Assembly: GCF_009914755.1 (NCBI RefSeq)
Contig: NC_060936.1
Strand: one strand, 5' to 3'
DNA from: the human T2T-CHM13v2.0 reference genome, Homo sapiens
DNA length: 64,000 nt
This document shows positions 11,382 to 24,169 of this stretch, one piece after another. The translations under genes were made by a program, and so were the position numbers. Positions within the stretch are counted from its first letter, which is position 1. Each line of letters begins with the position of its first letter. Under the pieces are notes generated by a model. The model did no database searches and was not told the DNA's origin. It saw nothing but the letters and a program-made list of their open reading frames with translations.

Positions 11382-13299
11382 TAAATGGAAGTTTTAGAAC
11401 TAAGAAATATAATAATCAAAATAAAAAACTCAATGGATACACGTAACAGGAGAATAAAAGGCCAGAGGAAAGAATCAGTGAACTGGAAGAGAGGACAATA
11501 AAAATTACCCAATCTGAATAATAAAGAGAACTGAACAATAGACTGAAGAAGAATAAAATGAACCAAGTCTCAGGATCAGGGAGACTCTAACAAAAGATCT
11601 AACAGTCAAGTCACTGGGGTTCAGAAGGAAAGGAAAAGAAGTATTGCTGAAAAATAACTCAAAGAAATAAGGAATAAAAATTCCCCAAATTTGGCAAAAG
11701 ACGTAAACCCACAGATTCAGGAAGCTGAGCAAACCCTAAACAGAATAAACCCAAAGAAATTCATACCTAGACATATTATAGTCAGAATTCTGAAAACTAC
11801 AAATAAAAACCTGAAAGCAGCTAAAGAGAAACAATGCTTTACCTTTAGGGAAAAAACAATTTGAAGGACAGAAGATTTCTCATCATAAACTATGGAGGCT
11901 AGCAGGGAGTGGCATAGTTTTCAAGTGCTGAAAGCAAAGAACTGTTGATGCAGAATTCAGTGCCCAGTAAAAATATCCTTCAGGAATGAAGACAAAATGA
12001 AAACATTCTCAGATGAAGAAAAACTAAGAATGTGTTTCCAGCAGGCCTACCCTAAAAGAATGGCTAAAGTAAGTTCTCTAAACAGAAAGAAAATGATAAA
12101 AGAAGACAACTTGAAACATTAGGAAGGAGGAAAAAACATGATAATTTTTAAAAAATAAGTTAATACAATAGACTTTCCTTCTCTTGAATTTCCTATAAAT
12201 TATGTTCAATGGTTGAGGCAAAAATTCTAACACTGTCTGATGTGATTCTAAATGTATTTAGATGAAATATTTAAGAAATTATATTATAAATGAGAGACGG
12301 TAAAGGAATATAAAGAGGTAAGGATTCTTCAACTGATAAAATAATGATAGCAATAGACTGTGATAAGTTATGTATATATAATAAAATACTCAGCAGCACT
12401 AAAAATGCTATACAAAAACGTTTACTAAAAGACACAATACATAAATCAAAATGGATTCTTAAAAATGTTCAAGTAACCAACAGGACAGTAGGAGAAAAAC
12501 ATAAATAGAAAAAAGAGAACAATTAGAAAACAAAAATTTAAATGGCAGCTTAAGCCCTAATATATCAATAATTATGTTAAATATAAATGGCCTAAATGTA
12601 CCAATTAAAAGACAGAGATTGGCGGAGTATATTTTAAAACATGAACCAACTATATGCTATCTCCAAAAACTTATCTCAACTATAAGTGTCTAGATTAACA
12701 TCAGATAAAGTATACTTCAAAGCAAAAAAATTATGAGACAGAGAGAGACAGTGTATAATTTAAAAAGACCAATTCACCAAGAAGAAATAGTGATTTAGTA
12801 AGAAGACATTCCTAATGTTTATACACCAAACAAAAGAGTTGCAAAATATGTGAATGAAAGACTGATGGAACTAAAATATTAGATAGACAAATCCACAATT
12901 ATAGTTAAGGACTCCAATATTCCTTTCTCACAGTCAATAGAACAATTAGCAAGAATATTATCAAGGATATAAAAGAACTTAACAGTACCATCAACCAACA
13001 GGATCTAATTGATATTTATAAACATTCTACCTAACAAAAGCAGAATAAATATTCTATTCAAGTGCCCACAGGACATATACCAAGATAGGCCATACTCTGG
13101 GATATAAAATAAACCTCAACAAGTTGTAAATAACTTAAACCATACAGAGTATGTTCTCTAGCCAAAATAAATAAACTGAATGTAAACAAAGGAAAGATAA
13201 CAGGATCTATCCAAACACTTATTAACTAAACAATATACATCTAAATAACTCATGGGTTGAAGAGGAAGTCTCAAAAGAAAATTTTTAAAGCACATTATT

Positions 13300-13381
13300 T
13301 GCAAATACATTCACATTTGGAGGTAATGGGAGTTAGGACTTTAACATATCTTTTTTGGAGAATGCAATTCAACCCATAACA
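13300..13381 (-). mobile_element. MLT1 (MaLR) LTR 5' fragment inside the L1
   Basis: Reverse complement starts tgttatgggttgaattgcattctccaaaaaagatatgttaaagtcctaactccc, the typical MLT1 LTR start. Confidence 0.65.
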
Positions 13382-14724
13382 GAAACAAAAAGCACAAGCG
13401 ACAACAAAACAAAAAAAAAAATAGATAAATTGGACCTCAACTAGTTTCTGACAGAGTCAAAAATAATTCAGTGGAAGAAAGTTAGCCTTTTCAACAAATG
13501 ATGCTGAAGTAATTATATACAAATAGGCAAAACAAAAAATCTTGATTTAAGTTTCATATTTTGCACAAAAATTAACTCAAAATAGATCACAGACTTAATT
13601 GACTATAAAATGTAAAACTATAGAACTTTTAGAAAAACAAGAGGGGAAATCCTCAAGATAAAGGGTAGGTAAAGAGGTGTTAGATTTGACATCAAAAGCA
13701 TAATCCATATAAGGAAAAATCTACTGGACTTCATCAAAATTAAAAACTTTGTACTGCAAAAGACCTTGTTAAGGAGGATGAGAAGACAAGCAATGGACTA
13801 GGAAAAATTATTTGCAGACCACATATTCAGCATAGGACTAGGATCTAGAATACATAATGAACTCTCAGAACTCAACAACAAAAGAACAAGCAATTGCATT
13901 AGAAAATGGGCAAAAACATCACAAGACTTTCACTGAATAGTTCATACCGATGGCAAATAAGCACACAAAATGAAATTCAACATTAGAGAAATACAAATTT
14001 AAGCCACAATGAGATATTACTCAACACCTATCAGAATGGCTTAAATAAGACTTAGTGGCAACACTACATGCTGGCAAGGACCCAGAGAAACTAGAGCACT
14101 CATATATTGCTAATGAGAATGTAAAATGGCACAGCCACTCTGGAAAACAGTTTAGCAGTTTTTAAAGAACCAAACAAGCAACTCTCATACATCCCAGCAA
14201 TTACAAACCTGATCATTTATCCCAGAGAAATGAAATCTATGTTCACACAAAAACCTGTATGCAAACATTTATAGCAGCTTTATTTGTAATAGCCAAAAAA
14301 TGCAAACAATCCAGGTGCCCTTCAATGGGTGGCAAACCGTGGTACATTCATGTCATAGAGTACTACTCAGCAATGAAAAGAAATAAACTATCACTACATG
14401 CAATGACCCATGTGAATCTCTAAAGAATTATACTGAGTAAAAAAAAAAATCCTCAGGGATTGTATGATTTGTATATTGTATGATTCCATTTATGTAATAC
14501 TCTCAAAAAGATTCCATTTATATAACATTCTTGAAATACAGAAATGGGGAACAGATTAGTAATTGCTTGGGGGTTAAACAGAGTGTCACAGGAGAGAAGT
14601 GGGTGTGTCCAAATGAGGACAACATGAGGGAAATTTGTGATGATGGTAATGTTCTGTATCTTAATTGTATAAATGTCAATATCCTGGTTGTGATATGCGA
14701 TAGTACATCTTGCAATGTTTACTG

Positions 14725-14940
14725 AGCACATTAATAAATTAAGCATGTATATGACAGGTACTGTTCTGAGCACACTAATCTTCAAAATAACCCCATCAAG
14801 AAGGTTCAGTTAACACACAGTTTATGGATAAGAAAACTGAAGCACAGAAGGTTAAGTTACTTGCACAAGGTCACATAGCTAGAACCAGGACTGGAAGCCA
14901 GGCAGCCCACTGCAGAGTCCATCCTTTTAACCACTACTGC
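14725..14940 (-). mobile_element. MIR
   Basis: 'gaaaactgaagcacagaaggttaagttacttgcacaaggtcacatagctag' MIR core. Confidence 0.7.
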
Positions 14941-15387
14941 CTGAAATCTTTCTAAAATCCCTACTTTCCCTGACCCTGAGATTCTTATTGAAAAGGTCTG
15001 GGTCAGGTCTTGAGCTTGGAGAGTTTCTTAAACTTCCTCATATTGTTTTCATCAGAGCCTGAACCCACTCTCAGGAGTTGTGCCTTTTAACAGCACAATC
15101 AGGAGCAAGATACCACAACTCGTATCCCTCTGACCAGAGCTTAGTTTCATGGCCATAGTTATTTTCAAGGGAGGCTGGGAAATGTCATCTTTGGGTGGCT
15201 GGCCATGTGCTCATCTAAATTTCTACTTCTGTGAAAGGAGAAAGGATAAGGGGCGGGGTGGGGAGGCACCCAGCAGGCTCAGCTATGCTCTGCCTGCTAG
15301 GTAAGCAAGCATTCTTGCCATTGTGTCTAATAGTCCACTGCTCAAAGCTGCAGCATGGAGTCCAAATCTGGGAAGGCAACGCAGCCA

Positions 15388-15500
15388 TAGGATGACCAAC
15401 ATTTTCCATTTGCCTGGGCTTATTGGGTTCTCAGGATGTAGGACTTTCAGTTTTAAAACTAGGAAAGTTCCAGGCAAACAGGAACAAGGTGGCCACTCTA
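15388..15500. mobile_element. MER81-like hAT-Blackjack MITE
   Basis: TIRs taggatgaccaac...ggtggccactcta, 113 bp, internal ggactttcagttttaaaactaggaaagttccaggcaaac. Confidence 0.7.
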
Positions 15501-16483
15501 CCCGGAAGGGCTCTCTTGTCCTGATCTTGCCCCACCCACCTGTCCTGCCACATCTCTCTGCAAGCTCCACCAGACTGCAGTTTCTTATGCTCTTGTCAAT
15601 CTCCTTTTCTTTCATTTGACCATTTCAACCATTTATGGTGCACCTACTTATGTGCCCAGCACTGCTCTGTTCACAGTAGATACAGCACCTCTACTTAAAC
15701 ACTCCCTTCCCCTTGGCTAACTCTTCATCTTTCAGGTTTCAGGTTTCAGCTTTGAGAAATCTTCATCAAGGAAGTCTCCCTTATCCTCCTAATCTGGGTC
15801 TCTTGTTCCTGAGATGCTCTTCCCAAGATAGCATCTGTCTCACTATACTGTGCACCTTCACTTACCTGCTTCCCAGTAGCCAGAAGTCTTGATCACCCTT
15901 TTGTATTAGTGTTGAGAACAATCTGGCACATAAATGGTTGTTGAATGAATGCATGCTGCCTCTTCAGAAGTGTAGGAGTGGCTCAAAGGCAGGACCTGTG
16001 CACCATTATCCCTGGCTATCTTCCTCCCCTTGCTGCTCAAAACAGAGCTCACAGCAGGGAACTTTTGACAAGACCTGCCTTCCAATACAACACCTCTGGA
16101 CTCCAAGTGCAGTGCTGGACTGGAAACTGCCTTCTGAGCAAAGCAGGAGACGAAACAGGAGAGTTGCCCTTGTGACCCAAGCCCCCAGGCTGCTTTTCCC
16201 ACTCCACACCCTCTGGCCATTTAGTTACCTGATAATAGTCCTCCTAGCAATAATGATAGCAACACTATTACCCTGCAATTAGCCAATAATAACACCAGCT
16301 TGGCCACCAAACAAGGCTCAAGGCCTGAAGTTATTGCTGTAAAAACGGAAGCTGAGTTTTCCTAATAGAGAGAGGAAACAAGGGTCCTTTGTGCCAACCT
16401 TCCAAAGCCAAACAGGAATAGCACCCCTTCCAGTGTTCCCTCCTGTCAGCACAGACAGCCAAGCAAGGATAGAACAGAATGAA

Positions 16484-16521
16484 CATGTGTGTGTGTGTGT
16501 GTGCACATGTGCACATGTGTG
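16484..16521 (+). repeat. (TG)n/(TGCACA) alternating purine-pyrimidine repeat
   Basis: catgtgtgtgtgtgtgtgtgcacatgtgcacatgtgtg. Confidence 0.8.
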
Positions 16522-19500
16522 CCTTGCAGGATGGCAATCTGGGGGTAGTGAACAATACTCAGGGAAGATCTTATTAGTGAATATTTTTAAAGTTTCCAAA
16601 CAGAATAAATTCCCCATGAAGTTTATTGGAGAGGTGTGGGAGAGAGGGTAAGGTGGGAGTGGGCAACCCTTTAAAACAAAACACAGGATGCAAGATCTCC
16701 TTCATAAACTGGAGGGCTCCAGGGCTCTAGTCACACCCCTCATAGCCCAGCAGGTCACATTGGACATCATTTCAAACTAGACTCTGCCTGAAGTATGGCC
16801 CTTGTGATGGATTTGCTTCTGCTATGTTTTTATACTCATTCCGGCAGAAGGGGAGACACCTGAACCCAGCCCACCCTCAGGTTGCTCTCCAGGTGGATAA
16901 TCCACCTGGCTTTCTCAGGGAATGGGGTGGGGCCGGGCTGGCACACTTTCACCCTCCCAGTCCCCATAGATCTTCCTCTCTCCTCCCTTTTGTGGCCACC
17001 CAGGGTCTACGAATCCGTGGAAGGCAGAGAGTCCCTCTGCCTTAGAATAGGTCATAGGAGGCCTTGTAAAATGAAACAAAAACAACTTCTTGCTAAACAT
17101 GGTTGCAGATAATCAGTACCATGGCTGACATCCACTAAGGTGGATAACTGAGAATTGATAGTAATCATGTTTCAAAAGGTGTTTATGCATGCCCTTACTT
17201 CAGTACCAGAGATAGGAGAAGAGCTCTTGCTTCTGCATCACAGAAGGAGACAGTGTGGGCTAAGAGCACTACGAGCCTGCAGGGAGAGACAAGGGAGAAG
17301 GTGACTGACACCAAAGGCCCACTGAGAGGGGCTTTCTTCTGGGGCCTGGCATTTGGATGCATGAGGGAGAAAAGAAAAAGAATTTGTTTTGACCCAAAAG
17401 CCCATCTCCACATTGCCACAGAAGACAAAAAGGTGGGGGTAGAGCCAGAGCAGGTATGCGTGCTCAGGCAGACAGATACCAGGAGAGAGCAGGGCCAGAA
17501 GATTGGCCTTTGCCTCTGGGAGGGAGACCCACAGGTTTCTGTGCCCTGAGTTGGAGACCTGGACTCTCATTAAACTTGACTCCTCATCTCCCAAGTCAGG
17601 ACCAGCATGTGCAGGATTCCTAGCTTGAGGTCTGGACCCTCCAGCTGGCCCCCAAGGACCTGGCAGCCCTGGACACGAACCTGGATGCTGCACCAGATCC
17701 TCAGGGGATGGTGCCCCCTCTCAGGAAGTCTCTGTTCCCTGAGCAAAAGCCAGACATAGTGGCCTGAGAGCTGAAACAGTGCTTGACACCACAGCTGTGG
17801 GGAGACAGCTCTGTGCACCCCCACACCCCTTCTACATCCCTGAATATCCATCTCACACAGCATGGAGGGGCACCTTCTTGAAGTGTCCCATGAAGGAACA
17901 GTGGCCAGGGCTCCCACACCACCCACTGTCTGGGCCATGTGTCCACCACAGGCAGCAAGGGCCCTGAAGGCAGGGTCTCCCCTTCCCCCACGTGGATGCA
18001 GCGTGAGTTTCTACACGGAAGAGGAACCCTGCAGCTCCTATACTGTGGAGGAGGAACCTCCACAGGGCCACGGACAAATAGTGACCTGCCCAAGGCCACA
18101 CAGCCAATGCCTACAGAGCAAGTTCAGGGCCCCAGGGCCCCAGCTGCCTGGCCAAAGGCTCCTTCCTTTTACTCTCAGGAAAAGGGAAGGTTGGATCCTG
18201 ACCGCACAGCAAATCCACCCCCACCTATGTAGAGCAGCTCATGTTGTTGGTGACTTCTCTAGATTGCCTGTTCGCATGAAAACAGAATAATCAGTAGATC
18301 CTCTCACGGGGCTCAGAGGAGAACAACGTCAGAGGAAAGGATACCTCAAGTCTGCTTCATAATTCATAATTCAATCTCAGCTGGGAATCGCATCAACTCC
18401 TGTATAGAGTAACAAGAGCAGCCCTTCTCAATCTGTTCCCCTTGCTCACCCTCCCAACCCACAGTCGCCTCATGGCCACTGTTCCTAGACTTGCACAAAC
18501 ACTCACACTCTCCCAGGCCCCTCAACCTGTATGCCTTCCACCCTTTCCAAGCCCGGGATCAATACAGCCGTGCCTGGACCAGGTGAAACCAAGGAAAACT
18601 ATAACTTGTCTCCCAGCCTTTCTCAACAGCAGGGAAATCCCCACCCTTTTCCCTCTTGTTCAAGTGAGGGAAAGTCTAGAGGGTAAAGCAGTGCAGCATA
18701 CAGGGCCAGGATCAGTGCTCATCACGTGCACCCTGGTCAAAGGCCCTGACTGGACAGCACTGCTGAACGAAGCCTGAGGCACATTTCAGGAATGAATGAG
18801 TTAATCAATTGCCTATCATACAGATGGGAAGGTTGACAGAGTGCCTGCCACGACGGAGTGCAGTGAGGACCCTTGCCTATCCTGTCTCCTCTGGGTCACC
18901 CACCTGCACGCCTGGCCCTCCAGGGCCACCTTGATGCTCATCAGCTCCTGGTACTCACAGAGCAGCTGGTCCAGCCTCCACCTCAGCCAGCTTGTCCTGG
19001 GCATCTCCGATGGCTACCTTGCCCTTCTGCTCTGCCTCCAGGATGGTGTCTTGCAGGGCAGCACTGTGCCGAGGGCCAACAGTAGGCAGTGAGTGGATCA
19101 CGAGAGACCAGGTACCTTCCTGCACCCACCTATGCTTGTCTCTTCTCCACCCTCTTTCCCACCCTTATTGTGGGAAATGTGAGAATATAGAAAAATTGGA
19201 AAAAAAATCTATCTTAACCCCACTCTCCCCCCTCCAAAGGCTACCACTGCTGAGTTGGGGTCCCATCTGTTTCCTGAGGTTGGTGATTTCTGCCTGAAGT
19301 CTCTGGGTGGCTCAGTTCAGCTCATCGACCTCCATCTAAATGGCTTTGAGGTCCTCACCCTTCCTCCTGTCAGTGACCTGGAGCTTCTGGTACAGGAAGT
19401 GGGGGAAGGCAAGAGTGAAAAGATAGCACAGAGAGAGTGAAAGCAGGGCTCCTAACCCCAGATCTCTAAGCCTCGGTCAACCAAGACTTTTATGTCCTGG

Positions 19501-20141
19501 CCAGGCTGGTCACTGTGGCCAAAACCAACACACAGAGGAGACATATTCCTGTCTGCTAGGAATGTATAGTCCAGCTGAGAAAACAAAACAGTCCTATGTA
19601 ACATACTTACGTAACTATCAAAGATCACCTAGCCAGTTCCTAGACAATAATATGGAATGCTCTGTCCCAGTCAGATCTTGATGAAAGAGATAGTAACATA
19701 GACAATCCATAGTGGGAGGAAGATATCCACTATTTTATGTGTGGACCTAGAAGCGTTATTTCTACCAAAGAACCACCTTAAATCATTTTCCACCCAGATG
19801 AGTATTAGGAACGTCAGGCTTCCCAGAGATGGGCTTCCATGCACTGTGGAGGTGGGAAGGCATTGGGGAGCCAGTGGAGGCAGAAGGAAGCCAGCCTGAG
19901 TTGAAATATTGGCCAGCACAATGTGTGGAATGAGGAGCTGACTGCACTGGTGTGAAGGCTGCTTGGTGTTTCTCAATGCACCTGAGTCTGCAGAGTTGAG
20001 ACGGCTCCCCTGACCCAGGACCAGCAAGACCCCAGGAAGCCAGAGCCCCAGTAACTTCCAGTGGCCTAGCCGAAGCCTTTCACCAGATGTATGAGGTTAG
20101 GCAACCCTTCCAGCCACAGGGCAAATGGAGCAGGTCAACCC

Positions 20142-20597
20142 TGCATGCAGGATACTTCTCTGGGTGACCTTGGACCGACCCAGTCCTCCCTGCTCTCTCA
20201 CTTGTAGTTCTCAAGAATAACTGCAGGATGTTCTGGGAATGCAGCATGCTGAGATAAAGGGGTCAGAGCAGCTGGGGTGCTGTTCTGGTTTCCCCTAGAA
20301 ACACAGTGTCCTTCAATGCTTTAGCCCAGCACATCACATTCCCTTGGGGTATAAGACTCTGGGCAGGCTGCTTTTCAGGGTTCCTTAGCTGTAGTGTAAG
20401 TGGGATACATGACTCCATCCACTCTGGGCAGCTTTTCTAGGCTTTGGGGACCCACTCAACATGAATCCTGGGCTTCTGTTGTTCTTTGCTGTCTGGAAGC
20501 AATAAATATTTTTCCTGTAACTTGTTGCATGTGAGTGTGGTCTGCCTCGCTGGACTCAGACAAGTTAGTAACCTCTGGACAGTGAGCCTGCTTCACA
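20142..20597 (+). mobile_element. Solo LTR, MER54-like (ERVL class), in pseudogene intron 5
   Basis: TG...CA ends, 5-bp TSD AACCC (20137-20141 / 20598-20602), TATAA at 20350-20354, AATAAA at 20501-20506; sequence resembles the recalled MER54 consensus. Confidence 0.75.
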
Positions 20598-21534
20598 AAC
20601 CCCTGTTGGTGGAGGGAGGGGATCCTTCAACTTCCCTGGGCACAACCCAATGCAGAACACTTCTCTGGGTCCTCACCTTGGTCTGGTACAGGGCCTCGGC
20701 CTCAGCCTCAACCTTGCACCTTCAAATAATCTCCTTTCACTGCACCTTGACCTCAGAGAGGATGCGGACAGGTCCAGGTGCTTGTTGCTGTCCATGGAGG
20801 GCCCCACGCTAGTGTCACTGATGGTCTGCTGCACCTGGGCCAGCTCCTATGCAGCAGGGCAAGGGTTACTCCTCAGGAAACAGTCTCTCACCTTTTGGGG
20901 CTCTCAGAGCCACATCAAGCTTTCTCCTTCTTCAGTTCTCCAAGCATCCCAGGCCCCCAGGGAGCTTGGACCCCAGACTTACGGCAGCATAGAAGGCTTG
21001 GAAGAATTAAACCTCCTGCTTCAGACATCCGCCTTAGCACTGGGGTCAACCTGGACCAAGCAGGTGCTGTCGACATCCTGAAAGAAAGGAGGCAATGGGC
21101 CCCTTCAGGTTGGTCTGGGAGACTTCTACATGCACTGTCAGGATGCCAGAGGGAGAGTAGCATGGACAGGGCAAGCACAGAGGGAAGGTCAGTTCCCGTC
21201 TCAAAACCAGCAGAGTGGGTTTGCAGCCTGAACAGTGATAGCCTTAAGAAAACAGGACTTTAAGCCAGAATAAAAGGAGAGGCCTTCATTCTCATTGTTT
21301 CTCACAGGCTTGCACTTAGCCGCTGCTGACTTGGAGGTTAACTGGGCTCAGGGATTATTTATAGCTGAGGAAACCAAGCCCAGTGCAGAGCAGAGTGAAT
21401 TAAGATGCTAGGATTAAGAACAGGAGTGTGGTAAATCCAGCTGCCTCTCAGCACCACAAAGTCATTTTCAGCATTTGTCCAGTTGTTGATTTCTGCTTCA
21501 TATCTGGTGGGATTTAGTAGACAAGAAGACTGTT

Positions 21535-21871
<337 letters not shown>

Positions 21872-22185
21872 TTACACCCCTGAATGCACATCCACAAGAA
21901 ATAGATTCACAAAAAGAAAACAAACAGAAAGATATCCCAAGGATTCCTGGCTGGAGAGGCTAATTCTCTGCCATTGCACTTCTTTCAGACCGAGATCTGG
22001 GACCGAATACCAGCTGTCCTACCAACCTCAGGCTCACTCACTTCCTCTTGTATTTCTCCATCGAGTCCTGAGTGTTCTTGAGCTCTACTTCCTGCCTGGT
22101 TTTCTCTGCCATGACCTGGGCCACCTGCTTCCTGAGGTTGCTGATGTAGCCCTCGAAGATGAGCTCTGGGCTAGTGGTGCAGCAG

Positions 22186-22227
22186 TAGCTGCCATCTAGC
22201 TGCCATCCAGCTGCCATCCAGCTGCCA
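22186..22227 (+). repeat. 11-bp tandem repeat (YAGCTGCCATC x3.8) inside pseudogene exon 2
   Basis: tagctgccatc tagctgccatc cagctgccatc cagctgcca. Confidence 0.9.
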
Positions 22228-23257
22228 CAGCAGCTCCCAGTTGGTTTGCAACACCTGGTTCTGCTGCTCCAGGAACTGTACCTGGAAATAGGAACTTGAA
22301 AGGCTCAGCCCCAGAGGACAGCCATAGAGGACTTCAGAAGTCCCTGCTGGCCTGGCAAGAGTGACAAGTGATTCCAGTGTGGCATTAATTCCCACAGGCT
22401 GTGACAGAAGTAGTTTAACCCTATTATTTGCTGAGGCTCAGACACAGTCTCCTGGGGGAGGCTTGGAGAACATGAAAAACAAAGTGTGCGCCTTTCACCA
22501 GGGCCAGTTTCTAGAGATAGGGACTAAAGTGGTTGGCCTCAGATAATCTGGACCTGCACTGTCCAATACCGTAGCCACAGGCTACATTTCCATCACGGCA
22601 AACAGGCCTTTTCCGAACGTCCCTCAAGTTATCCAGCTCCGGCTTTCTAACCTCCAAGCATGGGCACTCACTTTGTCAATGAAGAAGGAAAACTTGTTGA
22701 GTTTCTTGATCTGCTCCTGCTCCTACTACTTTACCTCCTAGACCTCAGTGTCAATCATCACATCCAGAGACTCCAACAAGCTTTGGTTTATCACAACTTC
22801 CTGGATGCCTCCAGGGCAGACCAGAGAACCTACAGACCCATGCTCCCCAAAACCACTGTCAAGACCAAAGCCCTCCTTGCTAGGCTTCCCACCCCAAACT
22901 GTCCACCTCCATAGCTCCTTTGTCTGCCTCCATGGTCCCGGCCTCCAGCCATGATGATGGAGATGCTCTTTCTCCCCCCAGGGCTAACGAGACTCCAGCT
23001 GCTATAACCGCCTGGCTCAGCATAGCCTTGGCTTCGTGCCCCTCTGTGCTGTTCCACAAGAGTGGCAGCCTCTGCCAAGGCTGTGCTGCTCGTCTCTGGC
23101 ACCCTCCCAGCAGCATGACCCAGCCACTACCAAAGCCTGTGCTCTGGCACCTCAAGCATACACCTGCCTGCTCACAGTGACTCCAAGGCAGTGAGTGACA
23201 TAGAGAGGTGGGAAGAAGGTGTCTCCATGTTTCCCTGCCAGAATGCTGAGGTGTCAC

Positions 23258-23263
23258 CTTATA
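23258..23263 (-). promoter_or_regulatory. Residual TATA box (TATAAG) of the keratin pseudogene
   Basis: Plus-strand cttata, ~85 bp upstream of the mutated start, same spacing as in KRT73. Confidence 0.6.
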
Positions 23264-24169
23264 CCTCTCCTGGAGCTGGCAGTGGGCCAAAGACAAATTC
23301 ATGGGTTTGGCTACCCTGACACTAAAAGTGACAAAAAAATAAATACAGCCTTCTACTTGGGAACAGTCAGTCTAGTAACTATTGCTTAGTTAGCAGGGTT
23401 TTCTTATTATGGTCTACCTGTCAACTATCTGCTGACCTAGGCAATATGAGGTGTGTATGATTATGCCCAAAAAGCTATCAGGTCGGGTATTTTCTGAGAT
23501 TGTTGCTATTTCAGCACTTTTAGTTTCTACCAGAGTGATATTAAAACCAGAGATACATCTTCCTAAAGCTTTAGGACAGAGACACTGATGAATTAGAAAC
23601 TGATATCTGTAAAGGAAAGTGATTTAGAGACACATACTAAATGGAATTTTCTACAGTTGGTGAGAGTTACTTCCACCTCCCTACCAAAAATATACACAGT
23701 ATCCTGTATATATTTTCCCAAAACAAGTGTCCAAAAAAGGGATTAGGAGTTAACTGTGTCCACCAATGAAATATTACATAACTAATAAAAATTACTGGGC
23801 TTATGCAAACCAAAAAATTCTGTTTTAATGTTAAGTGGGAAAAGGAAAAATCAAAATTGAATAATCAATATGACCACTAAATCCTAGGCACAGAAAAGAA
23901 GGCCTAGGATAAGACTGGAGGTATAGGATGAGCAGAGAAATATTGTTTAACTGACTAAAGCTAAATACTTTAGAAAAGCATGTTCAAAAAGAAAATACAT
24001 CAAAGTGTTAACAGTAGTTGTTTTGTGTAGTGGTGAATTTTTTAAATTTTCTATATTTCTATTTTTCCAAGATTAAAATAATAAGCAGGTATAATTTTTA
24101 CAACAGAAGCAATCAAGCCCCATAAGGCTTCAAACTCCTCTATGGGGAGGTGAAGCAGGTCTTCTTTTA

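Larger units (their letters stand above)
9990..14720 (+). mobile_element. Old, fragmented L1 (L1MC-like): 5' region, ORF1/ORF2 remnants, 3' UTR; interrupted by a retrocopy and an MLT fragment
   Basis: A-rich plus strand with L1 ORF1/ORF2 hallmarks (ataaacccaaagaaattcatacctagacatattatagtc; aaaattaactcaaaatagatcacagactta) and L1MC-type 3' end (aatgtcaatatcctggttgtgatat). Bounds approximate. Confidence 0.8.

Noticed and set aside
17990-18110. Possible exon 9 remnant of the keratin pseudogene (GGSSST / GSSSV-like codons on minus strand)
   Set aside because: Similarity is too weak and low-complexity; no clear acceptor or poly(A) signal.
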